Under the pieces are notes generated by a model. It saw only the letters and a list, made by a program, of their open reading frames with translations. It did no database searches and was not told the DNA's origin. A stretch of 64,000 nucleotides of DNA, taken from NCBI RefSeq assembly GCF_964355755.1, contig NC_092670.1, forward strand, positions 7,926,201 through 7,990,200. The letters run 5' to 3'. The position numbers and the translations under genes were made by a program. Numbering within the stretch: position 1 is the stretch's first letter; each line of letters opens with the position of its first letter. Below, piece after piece: positions 12,813 to 26,433 of the stretch. The stretch is from Antedon mediterranea (taxonomy: Eukaryota > Animalia > Echinodermata).

Positions 12813-15800
12813 CTGTAATTGCAATGACATTTTAGTTAATAATAAAAATTATACAGATTATATCGTATTATATTTCAGATCCATTATATGATGAAAGAGA
12901 TTTGATTATCTTCTAACAATCTTTTAATCAATAGAAAAACCGCAACACGGTGGTCTAACTCATTAAGGTAAATAACGGGCATTCGCAGTTTTTACAGAAC
13001 ATTATTTTTAACCAATATACATTATATTTTTTTTACCCTTTTCGATTCGATTAGATAGAAACTCTTATACCGTCATACACATGTTACTAAGGCAGACTAA
13101 AAGAGTTAGGCCTACTTCTCTAACATACGTTTACGTGTAACATTTGCTGTTAATATGAAAGACAGTTAGTCTTAATTCACTTACAGTGCGTCAGCTTCGG
13201 ACAGTGTTCGTTTTCCTTTCTTTAACCTGTCACATGACTTTTGTTTTTCGTGAGCACAAACATTACATTGGCAGTAACGGTCTTGTTGAAAAAGCGATGT
13301 GCACATTTTTTGGCAAGCCAATGGTGAGGTATCGTAGTCGCCGCCTGTTGTCGGGACTGCGCTAGAACTACTAGTACTTGGCTGCAGTACGGTACACTCG
13401 CATTTATCATGTTCTGGTACATCGTATCGCCTGACTGATATGTCATCACCGTCAATGTACAACACCTGAAAATTGACAGTTCATTTGATAATAATTATAG
13501 GCTACTTTGTGCGGTGTTTTTCCGAATGATCGTACGATCAGAACGGTACTGGGTGAGATCAACTAACGTTCAAGTTCCCACCGGACCTTGACAAACCTGA
13601 TCCAATTTTGAATTTACAATGCAAAAGATAGCATATTAGGATCTGTTCAGCACAGCAGTTGGGCCCATCGTATTTGAAAATATTGGATCACACAATAGGA
13701 AGATGTATTCTTATGTTCCAAACATGAGTATGACATTGAACACAGAACATAAATACTACTTACCATAACTGTTTTATTTTTGAAGTTATCGCCTGTGTGA
13801 TAACATGTCTGTCCTTTTGGGCAACATCCAGAGTTGGTTCCACAACGACTTACATTTGCCGCCGGTGGTGAAATTATAATATCCGCTGGTATGTCTAACT
13901 CTTCGTATAAATCTATTATTTTCATCTTTGGTACTTTACATCTTGAGTTTTCAAATTCATTGGTCAGACCCTGTAGTTCTGTTTGGTAGCAAAAAAAAAA
14001 GATTACAATTTAGTGAGATAAAATAGTAGGGCCTATGCAGCTACGGTTAAGAGTGAGATGGTGAGAATATTTCATGAGTTGAAAGAATGCTCTATTTAAC
14101 GAGGGGATCCGAGTTGAAAAGAGCAGACATTTTTACAAAAAAGCTGAACGTATAACGTAAATAACCATCAAATAGTAGGGATAAACTCACACCGTTTTTA
14201 CGTAGGATTTGTGGGTTTTATTACCGAATTTTCCCATGGCACTAGAAATATAGATACATCACCGAGAATTGGGTGCAATTGACTGTCAAGTCAACATTGA
14301 TTGAAATTAATTAAAAACTGTACAATTTGATAAATTTGATATTATTACCGATATCGGTGTCCGAGTGGCTCGGATTCTCTTCTGATGGAAAAGCCTCTAA
14401 GTATAGTGTATGAAAAACTTCATACACGTCGTAGACATTTTTAGGACCATAAAATTGAAGGAATTCTTGCGGCGTGTGCTTGTAGCTTTTCGCACGCATT
14501 TCAACATAACTGTCCTGAAAAATACAAATATAATATATTTAATAATAACACTAATAATAATATTGATAAAACTTAATGGAGATTTTAATATGAGCAAACG
14601 AATAGTCAAGTTTATTCATCGTCCAAATGATTGGTTTATACACAGTAAGGCAGATTTAGTCATTTAGTAGTGTGTAGGCCTATATGCCATTTCCACCTAA
14701 ATTCAACAGTTTTAACCATCAGATCTAACAACTGGCAACAGGAATACCAGGCATGGGAAAATAAAATGTTATTTATATGATCTTAATACGATACTACTGC
14801 TGTTAGACTTGCTCCAAGTCTGTATTTATTGTCTTTTTTATGTAAACTCAAGTAATACACGTATGAAACGCAAAAATATTTATATTTTTACTAATATTAA
14901 GACAAAACTCCGTCTGGATCCCAGACTATACTGCTGTATATAAAATTAAATGATGGCTATTATGTTATGTTTGTGTGTCCATAATTCTGAATAGGCCTAT
15001 TAAGATGCTTCTCTGCTCTATTACAATTGATACCACTTTTGTATTTAATTTGTTTAGTAATAGTTAGGCCTACTAATGATTTTATAAGTAATACTCTTTA
15101 TTAAAGAAATACAGAATATAGTCTACTAAATCGTACTTATATTGGATATGTGTTTCCTGAAATACTTGATTTCATAATGCTATTAATAAAAAGAAGGTAG
15201 AATAGACTACTAAGTTATTAGTTGCTCTATTTCAAACTGTCTATTATTATCATTGATTAACATCTAAAAATGCCTTGGCTTTCCAAGAACAACAAATAGG
15301 CCCCTATCGAGGGAATTGATACAAACGGAATCGCAAGGTCCAGCCAAGTATATTCCTTACTTCCGTACACAATATCCATTGGAGAAACGAAATTAAATAA
15401 TGACTAAACCACCTGTCCAGTCAGGTAAGGATATGTACGTGTAGAAACTGCTCGCAAACAAATTTAAAATTAGGGTTTTTGGTTACTGGTACAAAACACC
15501 TGAAACGTTATACTGTAATGTGGCCTACTTAATGGTAAATATTATTTTGAAATAAGTGTGAATAACAGTGTATATTACACTTTTATAAGAACCAATAACG
15601 TTTATACAAGGCAAAAATAGAGAACTTAGCTAGTTGAAATTTGTTTAATATATTTTTCTGACTATAAAATAGTACTTCAGATATGACGTTTATTAGTTGA
15701 TGACGTCTATTAGTTGATATGACGTCAGTATGTCACCTGGGACGATCGCAATTTATCTGTTATGACCGTGGGTTACATACATTCCCATATTTTTGTACCA

Positions 15801-18800
15801 AATATTTCAACGAGATTAATGTAGTGGTATGTGCAGGTTGTACTTAGGATTTACATCAAAACCATTCAGTTGGCATAGGCCTATAGAATGCTAGAAATGT
15901 AAACGAAAAGGGTTGGTCTTTACTTCCGGTTACGATCACTGAAATTACTACCTACAGTACCCTAATGATCGGGTTCAATAATCGTATAAAATAAAAATGT
16001 TTAAAAACATTAGTTATAGATACAGATACAGATACAGATACAGATAACTTTTATTGTCCAAATGAACTGGAAATTGCATTTGCTCACTTATCACATAAAA
16101 ATATCGTATAAAAATATCGACGATATATAAACTGCGCACTAATTCATATTATATATGTATAATATCCAACCCATTGGCGACGTGTCTATTATACGATTAT
16201 TATTCTCTATTATTCCACTTAGCTTTCCCTCGATTCTACATAGGTCTACCAAACAGGGTGAACAGTTACAGTGGTACCCTGGATTTTAACAAAGGCAATG
16301 ACCTCTCTATGCCGAGGCTGCAGCTTAGTTGCACGGTAGCTGATTTAAATTAGGCATTACTTTTAGTTATAATACAATTTGGTTACAAAATAGATTATTG
16401 GTGTTTTTTCTTTAAATATGAAATGGCGTGATACTGGGGATAAAATGATAGATTTTCTATGAATGACTGATAGTTCTCGTTGTTTTAACATATGATCACA
16501 TTTCTAAAAATGTATTGGTGTTCTTTATGATTATCATATTCAATGTATATAATTTGTTTTAAGTTATAAAAAGCAATATTTCTGTTTACTTACGAGAGGT
16601 AGGCCTAAATCTACTGATTAGATAGTTAAAAGTAAACCTGTATTTTCAATGAACATCCGCATGCGTTAATGAGCACACAGGGGGTTTAATTACGAATTGC
16701 CTAGTTAAAATTATTAATAATTTTAAATTTTGACCTAGCCACTTAGTTCACTAATATATCATCGACACAGGTGTCAGTATGCAAATTAAGTATAGTTTAA
16801 TAACGTGTTTACATCAACGTATATACCACCGAGACGTTCTTATATTACTGTTTTCGTTGTAATAATACACTCGTTAGGTAGTAAATCTAATGCAATTGAT
16901 ACAATATTCACATGCATGTCTAGGAAAACCGTAACATTATGCTTATTTTTATTATTTATTACCATTAAAAGTGAAATGCAATCTACAGAATGAAACAAGG
17001 CCATATTTTTAAAAAGCATTCTTGGTTTGGCACTATCTATTTTCTGTAATTATATATAATATTATATTTTGTTTCAGTCCTAGGTTATTCATAACTGAAA
17101 TATGTTTCATCTAAGTACAAACGAGCAGCGTATGTAAGTCCTATGGTTAGTAAATTTTAAGTAATACGATTTACTGTATTGTAATTTACTAGCAAATAGA
17201 ATTATCAGCATAATTCAATTCAAGACTTTTCAACACGTGCGTACCAAGTAAGTGCAACAATTCTGACGTGAAAACAAGTGTGATGTGAATTTATTTTCCT
17301 GAGCTCTGTCTACACTACCGTATCAAACTAGTTTGACAAAAATAGTGTGATGTGCCCAAATATGGTAGTACTGTACAAATATAGTACTGATATGACATCA
17401 CCATGTCCATATATATGGGCACATCAAATGTGTTTGTCACATAAAGTTTTATAGTGTAGACAGAGCTTAAGTAATGTTAAATAGTTTAAGTAGTATTTGT
17501 TAAACAGTACTAACATCTTAATCATATTAAAAAAAGTTAATTAAAGTTAACGAGAAGAATACAAATTAGAATAGAATAAGAATCATTACGGTATAGTTAC
17601 TATTGTGTTAAAGCATACATAAGCATAATTATAATAAAATAGCATCTCTACTATCTAGTTAATTAACCAAAGATTATATCCAAATAGTATAGAAGAGTAA
17701 AATGATAAAACAGAAAATGTTCTGTTGATAAAACAGACAAATGTACTACATCCTATTGCTGTTAATGAGAAACAAAATAACCACTAATAAATGAATGGAA
17801 AGTGTGCATTAATTAACAAATGTAGTGTAGGCCTAAAGAAAGAAGTTGTTACGTCACAGAGTGATTCCCTCGTACTCATAACGTCCGTCCACCAGAATAT
17901 TAATTAACCATAATTTGAAAGTAAAATGACAAGAACAGAAAAATAGAACAGAAAAAGAGTGTCGCTGAATGTCTAAGAAAATGTTTAAAGAAGTATTATA
18001 TTATTAAGATATTTGAGAAAAGAAGTGCAAGAAAGTTGCTATTGTGATCCTATTAGAAAACAACCGGAATGTGGAACTGAAACAATCACTGTTTATTTAG
18101 TTAGTTAGTTTAGCTTCGTGCGTTTTGTTTACGTGATTTCAATAATTTTTTATATAATACAATAAAATGATGTAGAAATTTTAAAAAGCGCATCTGCGGA
18201 TCTCACTCACTCCATCTATGAAACGCCTACGTCTTGTCAACACAGTTTTCGCAGTATTGTCCCTTTTTTCTCGTAAAACTATCTGTGAATAATGGAAACA
18301 CGTGGAAAAAGAATAAGATATCGTCGGAACAATAAGGATAAGAATTAATAATGACAAACGATAGAACAAAAATATTAATAAAAATAACTTTGATACATGT
18401 TTTTAAATCAATAATAATTAAACAATAATAATAATAATTTGGTTTTAAAAAGTCATAGTAGTAGTGACAAAAACTAAATTTTATTTTATTTAAATATTTA
18501 TACGACAAAACCTTTTTGGTGGAGTCAATGAACGTCTTTAGGTCAGAAATCACATTATTGTAAAATAACAAATTCATTGGAGCACAAATTTAATTTGTGT
18601 TGCTTTAATATCTACAAATTAAATTTGTTCTCCAATGAATTACGATACATTTAATACGTAAAGTGTGATTTAGTCAGAAAATAGTTACTTGGCCTACAGT
18701 ATAAGAGAAGAGTGAGATATGTTTTACCCTCTATAAAAAAAAACAATCGTGACAGCAGTGGCGTGCCACATTCCTTGGAAAAGCGGTATTATTCGCATGC

Positions 18801-21800
18801 GTAAACTAAATCGCTGCATTGGGATTCACTCTGACTGGGTCTCTACAAAGAATATATGTACGTGCCAATTTTTAAAATTCATGGCGAAGAATATGTACTA
18901 TCAAGACACAATTAAGTGTATACAGATTTTGTGTTCAACTGACTCATGGAGAGTTCCGGTAGATTAGATTATATGAGAGCTTGAAAGGTTCGCGATTTGT
19001 AAGTCACGGAGTATCTAACAATTTACTTATCTTTTCTGTGGATCTCGGACGATTATGGATACAATAGAATTGACTAAAAGCACGATCCAAGTTCACATTG
19101 TCAAAATCTATTACAAGGTTAACATGTAAACACATACCCACCTAAGCAAATTATTGTTATGCTCTGTGTTTATGAAATTTATGTTATAGAAATGAAATAT
19201 ATAAAAACTGAACCTTAAAAACGTAATGATTTGGCCAAGTACAATTGTACAATCAAATAGATGTTAAGAATACAAGTGTTTCTTTTATTTGCTTAAGCTT
19301 GGTTCCCAATACGCAATGTAATTGTAAGGACGTAAGCGTAACAAGCGAGTTGACCAATGACAAGCGACAATTCGAATAGTCAATATTAGTTGTTCTTCTA
19401 AACTGGACTACAATATTTTATAAATTTTTCTATTTATTTATTTTTTTAATATTTTAATTTAGTTGCCATGACCTAAAGTTTGCATCCAATTTTATTTTGC
19501 TTCTTTCTGCACTCTTTTACTTGTTAATTCTACATTAGTGTAATTTTGCTCTTTGTTGTAAATTTGTGTGCAGAAAAACAATAAAAACAAGTAAATATTT
19601 TTTTAAGTTAACTACTACTAGTCTTTTATCGTTATCGTGATTTCTGTAGAGAATGCTATTCTTGTTGACCTTAAATGCAAAAACATGATGATCTAAATAC
19701 AATTATTTATGAACTGGTCCAGTATTAGTACTGTAAGTAATCCATCGTATTGTCTGTCTGTCAAAAACACAATGGTAACTGTTTTATGACTAACTAAAGT
19801 GTATAAAAGTACAAACTGAAAAGAGACTGTCGAAATAAAGCCGGATAGAGATGATATTTGATCATACCATTTTAGGATTATTTTCTCCATGGTCATACGA
19901 TGTCTAACAGCAATTTAATTTTTATTCAGCAAAACCACGTCAAAACACTATTGTTAATCATTGTTATTAACTTATATTATAATTACAATTTTCAAAAGAA
20001 CGTGAAATCAGGTCAAACTATTGACCTAAACTCTCTTTACATGATATTTGATGGTAGATTACCGCTGTTGTAGCAACGAATCATTAACAATCAATTTAAA
20101 ATTATTATAATCAATTACACACACTAACGATAAGTCTACAGAATTGCCAAAACAAATGTTCAACGAGAATTATATTGTCATAATAAAAAAAAGTGTTGGT
20201 AAAACCTGACACAATCTTTAAAATATTTTATAGGATCAAGGTTATTCGAAAATTTACAAATCTTATAATATTTATGTAATTGGTAATTTTTTTGTTTGTG
20301 TTAGGGAAAAATAATTTAAATGAACTTGGCGCGTTTAACTATTAAAATGTTTTACTTGGTTATAGCGATCGTTTAGCTTGAAGTATTTCCTGAGTGAAAG
20401 TTTATATACATACAGCAACATCAATAAGAAAATTGTGAGCATTAATGGCAATCAAACAGGTTTTACAAATTCCCAATAAAAAAAGGGAACCGGTAATACT
20501 TTCCATACTAGAAGCAAAAACAACAATACGAAGAAAACATTGGGTTTAGCTCATGTCCAATGTTTAAGCCGTTTCACCTTTATTCCAATTGGCAGATCTG
20601 CTTTTAGTTTGTCTATATGAACACAGTGTTTCTTTTTATTGTGTTATACTTGAGTTAGCGTAAATAATAATTCAGTAAACAGTTAAACTATAATTTTATT
20701 GTCGGTGTGAGTTCAACTTCCATTATAAAATATTTCCACAGAATGCCAAAAAATTTGCCGCAATCAAATTTCTTATTTCCAAAACTATGTGCCGGTAACT
20801 TAAGATATCAAGTGACACGACAAATTACAGCTTAATTCAGGCTATTTTACTAACATCGACTTCCTGATTTATCTACATGCTGATATATAATAGTGTGTAT
20901 ATTTGACAAATTTATATATACAATTGCATCAATACATTTCTAGCGACAGAATAATAGCAATATACACTTTATAAAGGAAAATACCATTAACATTAAATGG
21001 TTAATGTAAAAAGATGTAGAAAGATATGGAAATGTTTCAGATCGTTCTAGAATAACCGCTGATTGTTGACTACTGTACCAAATAGAAATCCCAACGGACA
21101 ATCAGCAATCTGCTCACCCTGCTAAAATAGTTCTAAATTTGAAGTATTTTGCAGGCTGCATGTAACTCTCTTGTGACAACGGGACAAAATGCAACCTTGA
21201 CTCTAGTAAACTTATAAGCCAAGAGTTGGTGGTACATGACTTGCAATATTTTAGTGCTTTTCAGAAGAAAAAAAACCATTGTGTACAAACACATCTTTTA
21301 TTGTTAAAGATGTTGCCAAAAACTTTAGCAGTCGTTAAAGATGACATCTTAAAAGAAATGAATGAAACATTCACCAAAAAGTCAAAAGATAAAAGTGCCT
21401 TTTCAAAAATGGCATCCTCCAAACTGAAGAAATATAGCGTTATCCATCTAAAAAGATGAGAGATGACATCCTACAAAAAATAGATGAAAGATGAAATTCT
21501 CCAAAAAGATGGTAAAATGATTTATTGTGCAAAAGTCTCACGTTGCTGATAAATGTTAGTAGCAATGTAAGTTTTAATTATTCAAAATTTTAATTATTTG
21601 ATTTACTATAGTGCAGAGTTTTTAAATGACGTATCTGCCAATATAGTAAAATCAACAGGTCTCGAACTGAATCGAATATCACACGTCGAAATTCGTTTTG
21701 AACTTTCTTCGCACACATGCAAATTAAAGGAAACACGTGGTATTATAGGTAGCAATTTTTAAATGAAATATTGTCAATTAGCCTTTAATAATTAATAATG

Positions 21801-24800
21801 TTTACCTAAGTGGTGGCCTTTAGCTGCTGCATTGTTAAAATCAAATACTTAAATTTTATTAAACAATAACATGTATTAACTTTACGATATTTGAAGTCTA
21901 AAACTAGGTCAAGGTGATTTAAGAAAACATAATTGACACCTACTCAGGACAACTATTGTCATCGTTTAACCGGTTAAACTAGCTACACTTTTTCTACGAG
22001 AAGAAGAAAAATCTCCAAAGTATTGTATTTTAGGTATCAATCAAAATATTGTTTGTATAATTTTCTGTTGGCCTACTGGAAAACAATCTTTCAAAGACGA
22101 AACATATAGCAATGCTTTGTTTGAAAGGTTCAGTTTTTTTTTCTGTTGTAAAACCAAAGTGAAGGATGTTGGGAAGTGCTACAAAACATTAAAGGAAACA
22201 ATAGTTATGTCTTAGATGAAAATTTGCAGGAAATATTGACATCATCATAGTGAAACTGGAGAAGGATGAGGCAGGCAGAAAAATAAGTTTCTTTGTAGTG
22301 CTTTGTATTAAAACCCGGATTTCAGCAACAATCAACCACCAGGATTTTACGTATAACCTAATGTACAGAATCTTGTCTTTGTTAGTGTTTACGGACCGTG
22401 ATTACGTCACACGTTACACAGATTCGGTTAATGAACAATGTCACATTAATTGAGTTTTGTAATGAGGAGTACCTGAACTCAAATCTATAACATAACAAAT
22501 TATTGGTACAAGAAAATCGGATAAAGCTACATTCATTGTTAAATAATGGAAAAAATCATGTTTACATACAAAATGGAACGGCGCCGTCTTCGTTTAGTGA
22601 AATGTGGGAATTGTAGCTTTATGTTTAACTATAGCAGTAACTACTGTATTACACAAAATCATATTATTAATTCTAAAATAAATTGCATTAAGTTTTCCCC
22701 AGAACAAATCTACAGAGTCGTACGTCGTTTATGATAAGAAACCTTAACATCGTAGGTCTGAACAGATTATCTGTTCAAATGAGCAAAACATTGTATCATG
22801 GTATTGTGGTTCATGGTTACCCAATCAAATCAATGCCGTGTAATTGATGGCTGTAATTAATTGGACGTGAAGGTGTTTAAATATAGGTGTTTTAATTAGA
22901 GACAACGTGTGTGCTAAACGTTTTGCATTATCACTGAAAAGTAAGTTATTTTTCTCAATGGTATGATAAATATTGACGTTGTATTATCTCAATAACCAGT
23001 GAGCACTAATTACTTCACACCTGGCGTAATGCCCTTGGATAAAACACGCGCCAAAACACAAAGGTAAGACCTTCGCTGTTTCCTTAATTAATTACTGACT
23101 TAAATAAGACTAGCCCTTGATTTTTAATTGTGTGGCTCGGGCAGAATCTTGTTTTAAATTAACTGAATTTTTATGTATTGAGGCCTAATTTATGTAAGGT
23201 ACAGCCTAATGCCGGTTAGGGCTTCTTTTGCGTAATAAGCATTGCGCATCTTTATCCCAGACTTACGCTTCTCAGATAATAACATATAGGTCTCTCAAAA
23301 TATTTGATAGATTATTAATAAACTGTTTTTAATAACAGTAGATCCCCTATTTTCTTGGTAAATGAACTAGTGACCCCTATACGGGGGACACTGATTGATT
23401 CCATCATAAACAACCCCCCCCCCCCCCTCTACAACCCACCTTAATATGAGTTCTACTGCTACAGAAAAGTAACGTCATGATATAAGTTCCCATGAGATGT
23501 TTTCCCCATAAAATCTATAAATGTATGATGGACGAGCAGGTGTAGAATTTAACAACAAATAACAGCTGATGGTATATCATTTTATTTATTGGATTAGATT
23601 GACCGCTTAGCACAAAATCAGTAACACAACATAACGCACGTGTACAAGTGATATATTTTTTTTTTTAACGCGCCCGTAGCAGGCCTACCGTTCGTAACTG
23701 CTGGGAATAATCGCTGGTAAGACACGGTTTAATTGTTAACGAATATTTTTAACAACCTAAGGCCTAGACGATTTTTCTTCGAACACTCGTTTTTGTACTT
23801 CCTGTGTGCAAAGTAATTAACAACTTTGAAGAAGCCACTCCTCAAATTCTGGTGCTTAAACCACAACACCACTAAATGACAGGTCCAACCCACTGAAGGA
23901 GTCCGTTCCATGAACTGTGATACAAACTGTGATAGCCAGGGAGATATAAAAACTAAATTATTATTTTACATCTCCCTACAGTACAGTAGTATGCCAATAA
24001 TGAACAATTGATGAGTTCAAACATTAATGTAAATGGCATCATTGACTAAACTGACACTACTGTGCACTATTATACGAAGGCTGTTGGACGGTGTTATCCG
24101 GGTGAAACATTAACTAGCAGGTCATAATGTCAAAGCAATAATAAATTCGTTAATCCACGCCTATCCTTTTGTGATCTTATCTTATAAAATCCTTATTTAT
24201 TGGTAAAACTAAATGAACGTAACATAAAAATAGGTGATTTTAATACCAGATCAACGAATAGTAAAAAAAAAATGATTTAGATATAGGGGAATAACCTGTG
24301 ACTGGCTGCCTACCGGGTAATTTCTATACCAGATATATGAATAGGCAAAAAAAATAATAATTTAAATATAGGGGAATAACCTGGGAATCGCAGTCTACCT
24401 GGTGATTTTAATACCATATCTGTGAATGGTATTCAAAATGTATGCATAAACGGCGTGAAACACTATAGCAACGGCCAGTAAATATAACAAGACCCTGACG
24501 GCGACCGTGGTTTCTACTACGGTATTAAAATAGAGTAGTACGGTATTAATTTGCAATGCAAATGTATTTCTTTATTTCATATTTTGTTTTATGGTTAACT
24601 TTAGTCTCAAAATTTTAACATGAAATCGTATTAGAACTCCCTTTGGGACACCTCTATTCAGGGAACAACCCGAACACCTATCCTTAATGGGACAAACGCA
24701 TGAGGGGCAATATTATGTTGTAACACGGTCAACCCCACTAGATGGGATGTGGAAGGTGTCCCATTAATAAACTGTATCATTTTGAACTACAAACAAATAA

Positions 24801-26433
24801 AGCTGAATAAAACATTGTCTTTGGAGCCCTCATTTTCTTGACATGGTATTTTCAAACGGTTCTTTAAAGTGTAATAAATATGGTGATAAACACTTATTAA
24901 ATAAATGTTTAAAATCTGACCTGTTCAAACCCTTAGAAAGTGGTTCAATTCTTGCCTGTAGGGTCGAGGTCGGTAAGTGAAATGATCTTCGAGTAAAAAT
25001 GACGGAAGCTGTCATAATAGGGCCGGGCCGGTTGTATCATAAAAACGTAGAATGCCAATGGGAAATAAGGACTTGAATTGGCCTGGGTTCGGACCCGGGT
25101 AACAAAATGATTCATACAATTTATAGATTATTAATCCATTAATTAATATATAAATATACACAAGTATACGATAAAAAATGATGTTCGAGACGTCGAAAAA
25201 GCACTGCTAAAAACTTTTTTATGATAAAATACTTTTTTACAGTTACGAAATGTGTAAAAGGTTTTTAGAAAAGGACTAATTTCCCTGATTTAGTGTAATT
25301 AGACTTCGTATTCCTAATTAATTCGTATTAATTAATTACCAAATGTATTCGCAAACTTATTAGGGTCTACTTATGACACTTTGAATGAATGGAAGACGTA
25401 CGTAAATAGACAATATGCAAAACCGTAAAAATGAAATTTAAATAATCATGATGATTTAGATTAAAATAAAACCGAAGTAGCCTACTTGATGTTGATGACG
25501 TACTTAGGGACCTAGTATAATATTAGATTAGACTCGACGTTGTGTATTTGTTTGTTAAAATTCCTTAGGAATTTATTTTGTTAGCTATCGAGAGTATTAC
25601 GACGTTTTATGTGTATGTCGTACAAAGATAACCATAGATCATACAAACAAATGCTATACAACTAGAATTAACAAACAAAACCCAGTAGAGATTAGGTTTA
25701 AAATGAATCAAAGCTTGCGAACGAGATCTATATAGTTGAAGACGTCAGCCAAGGCCTACTACAATACAGATAATGAACATTAATACTAAAAAGCTACTGT
25801 CACTCGTTTGTATATAAACTACGTTGTTTTACATTACACAAAAAAAACGTATAGTGTCAATATCACTTTTGAGATTGTTGGTTTGATATAAAATCGTAAT
25901 TGTTTCAAAGAACTGTGTACATGCGCACCTCCGTGAATGTTCCAACAAAGTCTAATATGTTCTAGAAATTCATAAGGGAGTCCGTTCAAACGTGTATAGT
26001 GACCCGATTCCCGGCACGTTATTGTATTAAGTATTGATTGAGAACATGTGCTTTTGTTTAGTAGATACAATCGATTATAGTACGCATAGGCCTAATCTCA
26101 AACAAATTATAACATAATAAGTAAAAGCAATTGAAAGACTGTCATACATGTGTTAGGCCTAGTATATGACTACGAGTAGGCCTACCTACAACACCGAATA
26201 CAGTATCCGATCGGATCGCTACCTGTGTTTTGTATTAATAATGCGAGCAATGCTTTTATATTATCCTCCTAACGATCATTATATCAAAATGCGTTTTTGG
26301 TTACTTTCTTTGATATATGAAAAATGTAACTTACTGTAGGCCTATTCCTTTGTATCTCGTCTTCTACTTCTCGAATTATCGCACAATCTCCATTCACAAT
26401 AAGAATCACAAATATGACTTTAATGAATAACAT
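12692..26433 (-). CDS. PDGF/VEGF (PVF) family secreted growth factor, 6 coding exons, about 317 aa (322 if the in-frame ATG at 26448 is used)
   Basis: Exons on the minus strand: 26433-26335, 18282-18211, 14514-14349, 13978-13764, 13465-13185, 12812-12692. All junctions are GT-AG with compatible phases (0,0,1,0,2). The protein has a signal-peptide-like start MLFIKVIFVILIVNGDCA and basic processing sites REKR and RRRR. It carries the cystine-knot pattern C-K-V-P...PPAANVSRC-GTNS-GCC-PKGQTC...EHDKCEC and a Cys-rich C-terminal tail. Confidence 0.9.
13185..13465 (-). CDS. PVF exon 5 (HxxCxC end of domain, S/T linker, Cys-rich tail)
   Basis: TTTTCAG acceptor and CT|GTAAGT donor; encodes EHDKCEC and CQKMC...CQCNVC...CDRLKKGKRTLS. 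Confidence 0.92.
13764..13978 (-). CDS. PVF exon 4 (N-terminal half of PDGF/VEGF domain)
   Basis: T-tract...AAACAG acceptor and ATG|GTAAGT donor; encodes RCKVPK...SRCGTNSGCCPKGQTC. Confidence 0.92.
14349..14514 (-). CDS. PVF exon 3 (propeptide)
   Basis: TTTCAG acceptor and G|GTAATA donor; overlaps ORF 14311..14499; phase 0/1. Confidence 0.8.
17302..17467. mobile_element. MITE family B (TIR AGCTCTGTCTACACTA)
   Basis: AGCTCTGTCTACACTA / TAGTGTAGACAGAGCT with internal GATGTGCCCA / TGGGCACATC. A second degenerate copy lies at about 43540-43660. Confidence 0.8.
18211..18282 (-). CDS. PVF exon 2 (IVLREKRDNTAKTVLTRRRRFIDG)
   Basis: Pyrimidine tract ...TTTCCATTATTCACAG acceptor and GGA|GTGAGT donor; 72 nt, phase 0/0; furin-type sites. 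Confidence 0.72.
18571..18641. repeat. Near-perfect 28-bp inverted repeat with 15-nt loop
   Basis: AATTCATTGGAGCACAAATTTAATTTGT / ACAAATTAAATTTGTTCTCCAATGAATT, one mismatch. Confidence 0.85.
26335..26433 (-). CDS. PVF exon 1 (signal peptide; MLFIKVIFVILIVNGDCAIIREVEDEIQRNRPT)
   Basis: ATG at 26433, hydrophobic stretch, ends ACA|GTAAGT in phase 0. Not in the ORF track. Assignment across an 8-kb intron is inferred. Confidence 0.7.

Noticed and set aside
18283-18369. Signal peptide in ORF 18181..18369 (TTG start)
   Set aside because: No in-frame ATG. The hydrophobic translation is the polypyrimidine tract of the exon 2 acceptor, and a proper signal exon exists at 26433-26335.
21226-21520. 77-aa Lys-rich ORF
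   Set aside because: Low-complexity AAAAGATGACATC-type degenerate repeats, TTG start, no homology recognised.
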